Assembly (NCBI RefSeq): GCF_018977255.1
Contig: NW_024704743.1
Span: 7,566,001 to 7,630,000 of the forward strand
DNA from: Callorhinchus milii
Lineage: Eukaryota
DNA: 64,000 nt
Direction: 5' to 3'
Shown here piece after piece: positions 49,952 through 63,397 of the stretch. The notes under the pieces were generated by a model. It was not told where the DNA came from, did no database searches, and saw only the letters and a program-made list of their open reading frames with translations. The position numbers and the translations under genes were made by a program. Position 1 is the first letter of the stretch, and each line of letters begins with the position of its first letter.

Positions 49952-50350
49952 GTGTTAGCCTGGTTCAGTTGGTAGCTTTCTCACCTCTGAGTCAGAAGGT
50001 TGTAGGTTCAAGCCCCATGTCAGGACTTTGAACTCCTATAGTCTAGGCTGACACTCCTGGGGGGTTACTGTATTGTCAGAGGTGCCATCCTTCAGGTGAA
50101 ATGTTAAACCAAGGTCCCAACTGCCAGTTCTGGTGAACGTCAAAGATTTATTTGAAAAGAGAAGAAGGGAGTTTCTCCCGGTGTCCTGAACACACATTCT
50201 GGAGAATAAATTTGTCATTTCCTTCATGTGGCTGTTTGTGGAACATCGCTATCTGCAAATTGGCTGCTGCAATTGACTAAAAATTTCACAGTATATTCTG
50301 TGAAAGGATTGAAGACGTCCTGTCAACATGAAATAATTTATTATTATTAT
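49952..50350 (+). mobile_element. full-length older DeuSINE
   Basis: Head GCCTGGTTCAGTTGGTAGC...CTCTGAGTCAGAAGGTTGTAGGTTCAAGCCCC, followed by core and tail. Confidence 0.88.
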
Positions 50351-50414
50351 TAGGGGCTATCGAGACCTTTTTGTAGGAAAATAAAATTGTCCAGTCTAAC
50401 TCTAAGCCACATTT

Positions 50415-50640
50415 AGCCAGAAGATCCCAGGTTTGACTGCCAGGTTCAGTCAGCTGAGTTGACTGATATCAACCAGTGTGGTAGGTGATCTATGACAATT
50501 GTCACCAGCATCCCTGAACTTGAGAGGAGGAGAAAAATCATTTCAGGGTTCCCACTGCTGTGGATCGCTATCCAGTGATCAGAGCTGGACAGTGCGTATG
50601 CCTTGACTTTGATTGAGGTCCTCTGGTATTCAATAACGTC
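50415..50640 (+). mobile_element. AmnSINE2-like ancient SINE relic
   Basis: CCAGAAGATCCCAGGTTTGA...GCTGAGTTGACTGATATCAACC...ACAATTG...GAAAAATCA...CAGGGTTCCCACT...GATCGCTATCCAGTGA. Confidence 0.7.
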
Positions 50641-50874
50641 TCACCGAAGGACCATTGATGTTACTGCACTGCTTGGCAATCCAGAAACATCATGGTCTTC
50701 GGTGAAAACGTTAAACTGAGGTCCCATCTTCCTGTTCAAGTGGATGTTAAAGATTCCATGCCACTATTTGAAAAGAGAAGGGACTTTCTCCTGTATGGCC
50801 AACAATTCCGCCAATAAAAATTTTTTGTCACTCATCCATGGCTGTTTTTGGAACATTGACCGTGTTTTTTCAAT

Positions 50875-51151
50875 TTTTCTCTTTGACCGAGCCTTCAGCT
50901 CCCCTCTCGACTCTCTTCCCCCTCCTCGCTCCCTCCCTTCCCTCCCCTCACCCTGACCATTTCACCCCTCCTCGCTCCCTCCCTTCCCTCCCCTCACCCT
51001 CACCTTCCCCCCTCCTCGCTCCCTCCCTTCCCTCCCCTCACCCCTCACTTCCCCCCTGCTCGGGTCATGACCCAACTGTGCAGCGCCTTGGGACGTCCTC
51101 CTGACGTGAAAGGCACTTTATAAATGGAATCTTGTTGTTGTTGTTGTTGTT
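50875..51151 (+). mobile_element. young L2 3' end with C-rich tandem repeats
   Basis: FLFDRAF codons, three copies of CCTCCTCGCTCCCTCCCTTCCCTCCCCTCACCC, hairpin tail and (TTG)n. Confidence 0.92.
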
Positions 51152-51261
51152 GATTGCTGTGGGCTGCTGCGGTTCGCCCACAAAATACACGGCTAATCCA
51201 TTTCACGGTGAAGCACTTTAGATGTCTCAATGAAGTGCTAAGATGCTATATCAAATGCACT

Positions 51262-51630
51262 GAGTCATGTATCTTAGTAGTTAGAGGACTTGCCTCGCAA
51301 GCGAGAAGACCTGGGTTTGATTCCCAGGCAGGGTGAAACCTTAGGCATGTTTGCTTACTCCGCGGGAACACGGTTGTCAGTTGATTGGCGGATCACTTTT
51401 CCTGGGGTAATAATCTCTCCAAAAATATATATATATACAGTATGTATATATTAAAAAAATTTGGTCACCTAATCCACGACTGTTCGTGGGACACTGCTGT
51501 GTGCAATCGGCTGCCGCGTTTTGCCCACAACATATACAGTCAATTCACTTTACACTATATTCTTTGATGTGCTTTGAGAGATCTTAAAGACGTGATAAGG
51601 TGATATATCAAATGAAAGGATTGTTATTAT
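51262..51630 (+). mobile_element. SINE long form
   Basis: Matches the family. Confidence 0.85.
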
Positions 51631-51631
51631 A

Positions 51632-53145
51632 GAATGATAGAATCATAGAATATTACAGCACAGAAGGAGGCCATTCGCCCCATCATGCCTGTGCTGGCTC
51701 TTTGGAAGAGCTACCCAATCAGTCTCACTCCCCCGCTCTTTCCCCACACTCCTGCAAATTGCTCCTCTTCAATCTAATATTCCCTTTTGAAAGTTGTTAT
51801 TGAATCTGTTTCCACCACCTTTTCAGGGAGTGCATTCCAGACCATGACAACTCTCTGTGTAAAAAAAAATCTCCTCATCTCCCCTCTGGTTCTTTTGCCA
51901 ATTATCTTAAATCTATGTGCCCTGGTTACTGACCTACCAGCCAGTGGAAACAGTTTCTCCCTATCTACTCTATCAAAACCCCTCATAATTTTGAACACCT
52001 CTATTAAATCTCCCCTTAACTTTCTCTGTTCTAAGAAGAACAATCCAACCTTCTCTCGTCTCTCCACATAACTAAAGTCCCTCATCACTGGTACCATTCT
52101 GTTTGGTAAATCTCCTCTGCAACCTCTCCAAGTCCTTGATTTCCTTCCTAAAGTGTGGTGCCAAGAATTAGACACAATACTCCAGCTGAGGCCTAACCAA
52201 TGACTTATAAAGGTTTTGTACTCTATGCCTCCATTTATAAAGCCAAGGATCCCATATGCTATTTTAACAGCTCTATCAGCCTGTCCTGTCACCTTCAAAG
52301 AATCATAGAATGTTACGGCACAGAAGGAGGCAATTCGGCCCATCGAGTCTGTGCGGCTCTTTGACAGAGCAACTGACTTTTATTAACCCCACTCACCAGC
52401 TTTCTCCCCATAACCCTGCAAACCTGTCTTCTCCAGATACCTATCCAGTTCTCTCTTAAAAGCTGCTATCGAATCGGACTTCACTGCCCTTTCGGGCAGA
52501 TCATTCCAAATTCTAACAACTCGCTGAATGAAAAAATTTCTTCTAACCTCCCCTCTGCTTCTTTTGGTAGATATCTTAAGACTGTGACCACGAGTCACAG
52601 ACACACCTACCAGTGGAAACAGCTTTTCCCTATCTCACCTGTCGAAACCTTTCATGTTCTTGAAGACCTCTATCAGGTCCCCGCGTAACCTTCTCTGTGT
52701 ATGTGAGCCCCCAACTTTCTCTGCTCCTGTACCCCCTTTAAAACTGTACCATTTATTGTGTATTGCCTCTCCTCATTCTTTCTCCCAAAATGCATCACCT
52801 CACACTTCTCTGCATTAAACTTCATCTGCCATGAGTCTGCCCATTTCACTAGTCTGTCTATGTCCTCCTGCAGTCTGTTCCTATTCTCGTCACTGGTTAC
52901 CATGTTCCCAGGTTTCGTGTCATCTGCAAACTTTAACATTTTGCTCTTGATACCCAAGTCCAAGTCATTCATATTTATCAAAAAGAGCAGTGGACCTAAT
53001 ACTGAACCCTGGGGGACACCACTGTATACTTCCCTCCAGTCTGAAAAACAACCATTCACCACTACCCTCTACATTCTGTCTACCAGCTAATTTTGTATAC
53101 ATGCTGCCACTGTCCCTTTTACCCATGGGCTTCAATTTTGCTAAC
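51632..53145 (-). mobile_element. CR1 LINE (RT domain to 3' end) interrupted by a second CR1
   Basis: VNGCFSDWREVYSGVPQGSVLGPLLFLINMNDLDLGIKSKMLKFADDTK...LQEDIDRLVKWADSWQMKFNAEKCEVMHFG and a C-terminal RGDLIEVFKIMRGFDRVD. Confidence 0.97.
52301..52696 (-). mobile_element. nested CR1 3' fragment (different subfamily)
   Basis: Has its own TTCTATGATT tail at 52301 and SVTRGHSLKI...FFIQRVVRIWNDLPE. The host CR1 resumes at ~52697. Confidence 0.9.
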
Positions 53146-54348
53146 TTTTATTATTATGAAGGATTATTATTGGTACACAGCCTGATCATTACACTAAGAA
53201 GGCAGGACGGACACCAGACTGCAGAGCAAATGGTTTGACTGACTCTGACTGACTGCTCTGAAGCTCTGACCAATTTGTTTGGCTCTAGATGTCCTTTCAT
53301 TGAATTTTCCTCGGCAGTGTTTTTGCTCACAGTGACAAAGGAGTCTGGTTTGATTGACCGGCACCTTTATTTTTGTTCAGTTCTTGTTTGTTCAGTTCTT
53401 TGTGCTCTTGTTTGGAAGCACATCACACACATAGCCGTGGTCTGAGATCCCATCTGTTTCTTGCCCTCACATAAACTTACTGAAAACATTATATCAGCCT
53501 TCTGGTCTACAATGAACTTCTGTTTAACTTGTTTAACTTTAACTTCCTATTTAACTTTATTCCATCCCAGAGTCTCTCCGACTTGTTCCCTCCTTCAGCT
53601 CTTTCAAGGCATGTATCAAAACTCAAAATGTACTTCTTGATTGTATGTTCGCTCATCTTAACCTCCCCCCACCCTTTCAAGTCCCACACCCAGCTTGGGT
53701 TCTCATCCAGCGCTGTGAGATGCTTTGAGACGTCTCCCAAAGTATAAATTGTATTGTAACTTGCGATGTAACTCAGAAGTAATGCCACTCCACAAAATCG
53801 AGGGATATACAAAACCACTCTGGACATCGGTGAATTTACAGGTATTAATACAGGAGGGAGGAGGTGACCTAAAGCACGGTTGAAGAGGAAGATTCTTCAA
53901 GTGTGATCTGAAAACAGGGAAGGAGGAGGCAAGGCGATAGACTAGGTAGCTTACGTGAGGGCAGACTTGATGACTCAAATGCCGAGTTTCTGTGCTGTAA
54001 CATTAATTCCAAACGGGGAACATGGAATCAATAGATCATTAGAGTTTAGGATACAGATATAAAGGTAGAATAACAGAAATGACTGCTCTTTGAACCTATG
54101 CTGGAGCTGCCTGTTCCACCGGGGCTATTCTCCCCTTTGATGTTTATCACATTTCCTTTTTAATGCTGTAATGGTCTCAGCCTCAATGGTCCGCAAAACA
54201 GCCCATATTCTGATAATCCTCTGGGTAACACAGTTTATTCTAACGTTTCCCTTAACTCTTTCATAATCTGAGTTCATGCTCTCCTGCAACAAGTTTTGAA
54301 AACAACTGGAAGAATCTTTGACTATCCATCGCCTCACTATCCTATTGT

Positions 54349-54663
54349 GGAGTCCTGTAGCTCAGTGGTTAGAGCACTCGCCTTGCAAGCGAGACACCTG
54401 GGTTCAATTCCAGGCAGGGCGAAACCTGCAAGTTTCCTTACTCCACACGCCTAATAATAATCCCTCCAAAAAACAAAAAAATAATAAATTGGTAATTTTC
54501 AATCCACGACTGTTTGTGGGACACTGCTGTGCACAATTGGCTGCTGCGTTTCGCCCACAAATATACAGTCAATTCACTTTACAGGATATTCTGTGAAGCG
54601 CTTTGAGACATCTAGAAGACGTGAAAAGCGCTATATCAAATGCAAGGATTATTATTATTATTA
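54349..54663 (+). mobile_element. SINE short form, full length
   Basis: Intact A/B boxes, core and tail. Confidence 0.93.
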
Positions 54664-54839
54664 TCCAGCTTCTCAAAACCTTTCCGAAATTTGAATATCT
54701 CCACTAGATCTCTGTCTCACTCTTCTCTGTCCCAGTCGCTTACCCTCAGTGACATTCTGCAGGTGGAACTCTGTGTAACATCACAAAGATTATATCAAAT
54801 AAAATCTAGCCATCAAGAAGCACAAACATATAATAATAT

Positions 54840-55185
54840 TATTAATAATAATATAATCCTTGAATTTGATATAGCTCCTTCTCGCTTCTTCGGAATGTCT
54901 CAAAGCACTTTACAGAATATACTGTAAAGTGAATTGACTGTATATTTTGTGGGTGAAATGTGGCAGCCAATTGCATACAGAAGTGTCCCACAAACAGTCC
55001 TGGAATGAGTGACCAATTTTTTTTAAAGGAATTATTACCCCTGCAAAAGAGATCCTCCAATCGCTTAACAACCGGGTTCCGACTAAACAAAAGCGTATGG
55101 AGTAAGGAAACTTACCCAACGTTTCGCCCTTCCGGGAATTGAGCACTCATGTCGCAAGTGAAATACACTGAGCTACAAGACTCCT
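54840..55185 (-). mobile_element. SINE long form
   Basis: Matches the family. Confidence 0.85.
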
Positions 55186-55207
55186 TAACTCATAATACTG
55201 TTTAGAT

Positions 55208-55580
55208 ATCAGCCTAGCTCAGTCGGTAGCACTCTTTCCTTCGGACTTTGAACGTATAGTCTATGATGAATTCCAGTTCAGTACTGGGAATGCATCCTTT
55301 GGATGAGATGTTAAACCGAGGTCCGTCTGCATATTCAGGTAGATGTTAAAGATCCTATGTCACTACTCGAAAAGAGAAGGGACTTTCTCCCAATGTCCTG
55401 GCTATCAATCCTCCAAATAAAATTGGTCCCACACTTTATGGCTGTTTGTGGAACATTGCTATGTGCAAATTTGGCTGCCATGTTTGCATACAAATGTAGA
55501 GTCAATCCACTAACAGCAAAATCCTGTGATGCGCTTTAAGACATTTCGACAACTCATATCTCAAATCCAAGGATTATTAG
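55208..55580 (+). mobile_element. older DeuSINE with internal deletions
   Basis: TCAGCCTAGCTCAGTCGGTAGCACTC head; GATGAGATGTTAAACCGAGGTCC core. Confidence 0.85.
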
Positions 55581-57974
55581 TATTTTTTATGATCTACAAC
55601 AATGTCGATTGTTGTAGATCATAAAAAATACTAATACTAACAATGGGGGAAGGGAGGTATTGTACTTCAAAACACTTTAAATATTCAGGTGATTTTTTTC
55701 CCCCAAAATATAATGTTATCAGGATAGCAGTTATTTTATGAGACAATTTCTTTATCTTTCCTCTTCATGCTTCTTATAACTGCACATTGTAACAGAATTA
55801 GGTATTGCACAATAAACCATTTGCTGAATGATCGCAAAGCACATTCAGTGTTTAAACACTAAAACCAGCTGAATCTTATCTGAGCAAGTGCAGCGAGTGC
55901 CAGAATATAACAACGTTAGGTGTCAATATGTAAATTCAGACCATGTTCTAGGCTGCATGTTCAAACAAAAACAACTGCAAAATGTGTGAAGGGGACAAGA
56001 CCACGAAAAATTGTGAAACCTTATTAATTCAGGGTTGTGGTTCAATAAAAAATGTCCTAAATTTGACCTATCCTACAGCTTGCAGAGGCGAATTATGCCC
56101 CTATTAATATACTAAGCTGAAGTGTCAAATATTAGCCAGAAATGTTAATATAAAAATTGTCTTGTAAAATAACTGCTGTTCTGATAAAATTATCTTCTTT
56201 GGAGAAAAAAAATCATGTGAACATTTTTGGCTAATTTCATACATTGACCTACGAATGCACAATCATTATACTTCACGGTGAACTGCTTTGAGATGTTTTG
56301 ACAACACGATAAGGCTCTATATCAAAATGCAAGGATTACAATGTTATATATTTTCATTCCAATGTGTTCACCATTTGTATCACCTTTTCAGTATTACAAG
56401 AGAAGCTGAATCACAATTCTAGTTTCAAATTTAAGTTTCAGTATGATTTGCTGTCATACCTTAGCCAATATTACATATGGCAAAGCAGGGGCTGGATTTG
56501 AAACCCTCAGACAAGATTTTAGAGGGTTAACGTGAGCGATCTCTCTTCGCTGTTGAAAGGGATGGGTCACAATAGGAGAACGCAGTCTGAATGATTGAAA
56601 AGTGTAACTGAATAATGCCAAACCTCCATCGGCCACTTCCTAGTCCAGTCTGTCTCAATGTCAGTGTGACTTCCACAACTATTGAGACCATATAAGGTAT
56701 GTGAGCACACACTGGTTCACCCTCCACATAGGGTTCTGGCCTAATGACTGACAAAGCAAGGGCACACGCACTCCAGCCACTGAGGAAACACAACTACACC
56801 CAAATAGATTTCAAGCACTTTCCCTATTTCTCATGTGGGTGGGGGTTGGGGACAGGCATCGGAGGTGCCAGTTTTGCTATTCTTCCAACATGATTTCTAG
56901 GCTGCTCTGAGTACAAAGGTGATTACAGCTTGCTAACTCTCTGTAACTGCCAGGGCTCAGTGCCCTTGAGAGGTGCCGAGTTACAGTGGGGGAAGGGAGG
57001 TATTGTACTTCAAAACACTCAGAGTACTGGCCAGCCTATGAGCTTTTAAGATGAGTGCCTACTGTGCTATAGCTCTGCAATAATCATAGACAATTCACCT
57101 CATGCCAAATTTTAAAGGGTATAAACAGAAATAAAATGCCTGGCTGTGTGTGATCCCAGACCAAACATATCGTTGTGAACCGAAAGGGTTAAAAGAAGTC
57201 AGTCTTCCAGATACTGAAGCATTTTCATAGGAAACATTGATCCCCTGAATTACCAACTCAATATAATATACCAAATAGTTGAAAATGATCTCTTCCACTT
57301 TTCTATATATTGTGGATTGTATTAACATCAACTGAGTGCACATAGAAATAACCCCAATACTACCACAACTACAACCTGCATTTATACAACACCTTTCACA
57401 CAGGACAGTGTCTCTGAGTACTGGACAGGGACTCAGGATGGATGCCAAGCAGGGGAGAAGACAGAGGGCCATGTGACTAAGGCAAAGAGATAGGTGTTCA
57501 GGTGGGATAAGGAGACGGTGAGCCAGAGGGATTGAGCAGGGAGTTCCAGCGATTAGGGATATAATACCTGAAGACACAGCTGCTGATGATGGTGTGGAGG
57601 AGTCAGGGACACAGCAGGGCTGAGTAAAAGGAGCCAGCAGAGGAGTGTTATGAGCAGGTATGAGAAGTAGTGAGGTGCTAGGACATGAAAGGATTTGTAT
57701 GTGATGGTGAGGATCTTGAAGCCATTCCTTTCAGAGAGCTAGTGGAGCCTGGGTGATGGGGGAGCAGAGTTTGGTACAGGTGAGGGAATACTAAGATCAT
57801 TATTCTGATTCCCACTGCACAGCGACACTCACACAGTGTGGCAGCCTCTTGAGTTTCACTCTTTGTTTACTTTAACTTGCCAAGTGTTTACTTTAAACAT
57901 GCACACAACCAGTGTCATCTTCAAAACCTGGTTATACAGTCTGAATAAAAACTGCAGCTTAGAATCCAAGGAAT

Positions 57975-58235
57975 TTGCTGGTTTGAATCCCGACCTGTGT
58001 TTCTGTCGGGCTCAGCCTGGGTAAAATTGGCTCTGGTCTTCTCAAGGTTAGAGAGGGAAAAAGTAGCTTGTTCCTTCTATAGCACCCTCTACCCTCTCTG
58101 TGTGTGGTGGCTGGGGGGAGAGATAAAGCTCAGCTGTGATATCCTCTAAAGTTGAGTGTCAGTACTCATTCCCAAAGCTCACATGAGAATAACGACCATT
58201 TTATTTCAGGTCAGCCAGGAGACCAGTGGAGGCAA
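57975..58235 (+). mobile_element. AmnSINE2-like relic, highly diverged
   Basis: CTCAGCC...AATTGGC...GAGAGGGAAAA...GCTCAGCTGTGAT...GCTCACATGAGAAT are collinear with the recalled consensus. Confidence 0.5.
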
Positions 58236-58905
58236 ACTCCACACCGAAACCTGACATCAGATAAGATGTGGATAAGGATTTCCTAACGTCAGCAGTCAGG
58301 CGTGTCTTAGATTCCATCATTATTGTGCATTGAAGTGCTATACATTTTCCAGAGTATGAATTGCATCAGAACATAAGTGCATAGATTGACATAAATAGAA
58401 AGAGAATTGCACTAAGGGAAGACTAAATTGAACATTAATCTGTATTTAACAATATATACTTTGAAGATCATGAACTAAGTAAATGTTCCTGTACATAAAC
58501 ACACCACTTGGCCCATCAAGTCTGCACTGGTATTTTTCTCCAAATGATTCATCTAGTCTAATCCCACTCTCGTGCTCACTCCCCATAAAGTTTAATGTAC
58601 ATCAGGTCTATAAAAGTCTTTCAATTTAGTCAGGTTTCAAACAGTAGGTGTCAATGACAGCAGCAATTTATATAGCACCTTTCACTTTGGAAGGGCATCT
58701 GGAAGAGCTTCAGGAGTCAGTACATGAACAACATGATCCATTTGTCTAGCACACACTGTGTAAGTGAGCTATGCCTTTTATTGGCCATCTGGTGAACCTC
58801 AATAATGGTAATCCTACTATTTCCAGGATTTCATGGCTGTTTGTAAGGCATAGCTATGTGCAAAATGGCTGATGCATTTGCCTAGAAATACATAATCACG
58901 GTATT

Positions 58906-59565
58906 TATAATAATAATAATCTTTGCATTTGATATAACACTTTTCACGTCTTCTAGATGTCTCAAAGCGCTTCACAGAATTTACTGTAAAGTGAGTTGAC
59001 TGTATATTTTGTGGGCGAAATGCAGCAGTGTCCCGCAAACAGTCATGGATTGAAGTGACCAAATTATTATTTTTTTTGTTGAGGGATTATTATCAGGCAT
59101 GTTGAGTAAGGAAACTTGCCCAAGGTTTCGCCCTGCCGGGAATCGAACCCAGGTCTTTCACTTGCAAGGCGAGTGCTCTAATCACTGAGCTGCAGGACTC
59201 CACAATAATCCTTGCATTTGATATTGTACCTTATCACGTCTTCGAGACATCTCAAAGCACTTTACAGAATATACTGTATAATGAATTAACTGTATATTTT
59301 GTGGGCGAAACATGGCAGCCAATTGCACACAGCAGTGTCTCATAAACAGTCATGGATTGAGTGGCCAAAATCTTTTTTTTAAGGGGTTATTATCCCCCGG
59401 AAAGGGATCCGCCAATCGACTAACAACCAGGTTCCTATTTCCTGCTAGGTAAACAGAGGTGTGTGTTTTAAGGAAACTTGCCCAACATTTCGCCCTACCC
59501 GGGAATTGAACGCGGGTCCCTTCGCTTGCGAGGTGAGCACTCTAACCACTAAGTTACAGGACTCC
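58906..59565 (-). mobile_element. head-to-tail SINE dimer: short form (58906-59201) + long form (59204-59565)
   Basis: Two complete elements separated by about 2 bp. Confidence 0.92.
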
Positions 59566-61029
59566 ACATTAACGGTAAACCTTGTGAAGCACTTTAAGAT
59601 GCAGAACTTTATTCTCATTATTTGAACATGAGATTTGGGATCAGAAGCTTGTGGGTTTACATTAGGATAGGTACATCCAGCCTTTCCCCTGTTGAGGTTG
59701 ATAAAATGAGGCAAGCATAAAAATGATTGAGAACAGATAAAGGGATGTGGTTGAATCGGAGCCAAGGATTCTTAGTAAAGTCACAACAGCCTGGAATAAC
59801 TTGAAGTCATTGTTGACGATAGACCAGTCTGTCTGGCTCATCAATAAGGTTTAGTATGTCCCCAAGGCAAAGCCTTGATAGGCAGGGCAATCCTAGAGGA
59901 CAAGAATTGTACAGCAGCAGCAACAACAACAACAAAAACATTATCATTTTAGAGGCTGAGATTAATATCAGTTCCATTTATTGTGGCAAAGCTTTTTATT
60001 TGCACTGCCTGAATTCAGAATGGTATTAGATTGGAACTTGCCACAGTTTCTATGGCCAACTTAATACAGTTTTGATTGACAGAATGTTTTCTGAAGATAT
60101 GAATGTGATTGAAACCAGGTACAAGTATGTTTTTCTATCCCGAATCACAGTTCTCGTTAATTAAATAACTACTTAAAAACATTGTTTTCATATACATAGT
60201 GAAATTCCTTACCAAAATGTTAGATAAACAGAGTTGTCCCAATTCATGTAAATACATGTCTGTAAGACAGCATTTCTGTGCCTCTGTGTCTTTAGCTATT
60301 ATGGCAATAGTTGAGTTTGAAGAAAACCTTATTAGGATGTTAAGTACTGATTGGTGCCTCTTGCAACACAGACAATTCACAGGCAATTTAATAATAATGT
60401 ATAAGAATGGGCAGCTTGCTTTACTAAACACAGTGCTGTGGTGTTAGCTGCTGAAAGGGTCCAGGCGAACCCATCTAGATTCTGACTCACCTGTTTACAT
60501 TGGCTTGTTACTTCCCTGTTTTGCATTTAAAAGATTAAAATCAGATTTGTATAAAAGTCGTATTTTGAGCTTTGTATTGCTGACAACCATTTTAGGCAAC
60601 TTGTACCAGCTGCATGCTCGTTGATTCCTTGTTTCCCTTGGCCCACACCCAGCCTTCCCTCGCTGTGAAATGTGCTTCAATAATTCATCACACTAACTCT
60701 AACACATGGCATTAACATTTCCATACACAATTGGGAAACACTTGGTTCAGCAGGACAATACCAAACCAATAAAACCCGACTGGCTTAAGGTGATCATTTG
60801 GGAAGTCATTGCTGTGTTTCAAACTTTTCTTTGAATTTTTTTGCGCACAAAATATAGTCAAATCAATTTACAGTAGATTCTGTGAAGCCCTTTAAGACGT
60901 TTTAATGATACAATAGAGCGCTGTATCAAATACAAGGATTATTATTATTATTACTCTTAATTTTGAATTCCTTGATAGCAAATTTGACTTATTGGCCACC
61001 AGTTAAAATGAAAATGTTCACAAGATCAC

Positions 61030-61282
61030 ATGATTCAGCCCTTCAGCCCATCCAATCTCATCCTACTCACTGTACCATCACCCCAACATTGCATCAAGCT
61101 GCTTTTTAAATTAGTCTAATGTCCTGGTTTCTACCACCTTTCCTGGTAACCTGTTCTAGTCTTTGATTATCCTCTCTGTAATGAAATCCTGGTATCTGTC
61201 CTGAAATTGCCCTTTACAACTCTAATCCATATCCTCTTGTTCTACTATCATGATTCACCCTAAAGTATTGATCTGGGTTTAT
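61030..61282 (-). mobile_element. old CR1 3' fragment, adjoining an L2 fragment at 61283-61460
   Basis: INPDQYFRVNHDSRTRGY (CR1) is fused to QRIDFKILTHIYKFLHALAPSYLSDLL (L2). Confidence 0.8.
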
Positions 61283-63040
61283 CAGAGCAGAGGCAGCAGG
61301 TAATGGGTGAGAAGTAAGCAGGTCAGAGAGGTAGGAAGGTGCCAGGGCATGAAGAAATTTGTAGATGTGTGTGAGGATCTTGAAATCAATCCGTTGAGTA
61401 GAGTCTATCAAAGACTGATATGATCGAGGTACAGAGTTTGGTGTGGGTGATCACATGGGGCAGTTTATAATTAATTGAATTTTGTGCATAGTAAAGCTGG
61501 AATAATTAGGGCGGGATGTGTTAAAGGCATCAAGTGATGCTTTTTTGCAGCGATTGAAGAAAAGTTTTCTCATGATGATTCTTTATATGAATGTTACACT
61601 AAAGGAGAATGGAGTTTGTCTTACCTAGTGAATGCTGTCTCCATTTCTCTTTTGAACATCTCAGAGAGCTTGACAGAGTCGAATACTGATCAAGGGAAGT
61701 GGGGAAGGGAGAGGGGAGGTGACCATAGGTGTGGTCGAAGAGGATGGCTTTTAGGTGTTTTTGGGGGTCAGATGGGTGTTTGACACATGCGGAAATCCAT
61801 CACCATGCTTAAGAGCATCCAAACCAAACTGAGATTTCCATGCACCCCACCTACACACCTCGCAGAGATAGATTATTGGAAAGGAATGCCCACTCTCTCC
61901 CTGGAGGGACCCATCCTACTTACATAATTCCGGAAAGTATTAGGCACAGGTTGGCAAGAGCCAAGATTTGAGGATTTCAGAGGATGCATTAGGCTTTTAG
62001 GCAGGATTTAAAAACAGATAGGGAGGGGTGAGATAGTAGAGTAGAGAGAGAGTTTTAGAGTTTAGGGGCGTAATTACTGAAGTTACTGATCGGATATGTG
62101 GAGAAGGAAAAGGATTTCAGTGTGATCTTCACTCATTACTACCTGACTCAAAATTGGCGATCTGCTGGGAAATGCCATTCAGATGCCTAATGTGGAAAAC
62201 GGAAGTGTGGGGTAACATTTCTGAGTGCTTCATGAAGCACGGGTCAGATTCTGAGAGGGGGGAAGGGGAAGGTGGCCATAGGTGCATTCACGAGGTAGGT
62301 TTTGAGGTAGAAAGAGACAAGGCAAGACAGAGATTTAGAGGGAGAGAGTTCCAGAGGTTAAGGCCTTTCATGTCAGCAGAATGTCTCAAAGCATTTCATA
62401 GGATTTTACTATGGTTTTACTGTGTAGTGATTGTGTGTTTTGTAGGCAGATGTAGTCTGCGTAGCTTATAAAAAACTAATTTGTGAACGCTTAATGCTAG
62501 CACTGAATGTGTGTCAAAGGTGTTAAAAATGTTCTATTTCCCTCCATTATTCACTTTAACTTAAAGAAAATACACTGAATCAATAAATATCATATGAAGC
62601 ATTAAAAGCATGTTAATTTTAGCGGATAATACAACAAGACTGCAAAATATCCATCCTTCAGCAGCTTGTTTCACTAATATTTGGGAAAGACTCATCATGA
62701 TAAATTAGGCTGGAATTTGTAAGATGTTTAATTTATAGGACTCATGTGATGTTTATTTATATGAATGTTAGTTATACAGTCAAAATCTATGTTGTCGCTA
62801 TACTCCTCTGTGGCACTCCAAACATCATGTTTACTTAACAACTCATACCAATTCCAAAATTTTCATAAGTAGCAGACCACAATTTAAATCATCTGTTTAT
62901 ACGTCTCCATTTCCCTCACCCTTTCATGTTTTTCTTTGTTCAGCCTTCCTCACATGTTGCTTATATTATGTACATTCAATTCAATGTGAAGGAACCAACG
63001 TTTCAATTTTTCATTCCTTGTATTGTCCTGTAGCAAAGTT

Positions 63041-63397
63041 CTGTAGCATAATGGTTAGAGCACTTGCCTCGCAAGCGAGAAGACTCGGGTTTGATTCTCT
63101 GGGCAGGGTGAAATCTTAGGCAAGTTTCCTTACTCCACACTCCTCTGGTTACCTAGCAGTAAATAGGAACCAGGTTGTTAGTCGATTGGCAGATCACTTT
63201 CTGGGGGTAATAACCCCTTCAAAAAAAAATTTGGTCACTCAGTCCACGACTGTTAGTGGGACACTGCTGTGCGCAATTGGTATATTTCCACAAAAATATA
63301 CAGTCATTGCACTATACGGTATACTTTGTGAAGCGTTTTGAGACGTCTCGACAAAGTGATAAGGTGCTTTAGCAAATTCAAGGATTATTACTATTAT
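63041..63397 (+). mobile_element. SINE long form
   Basis: Head, Nin-like domain, Deu-like core and tail. Confidence 0.9.
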
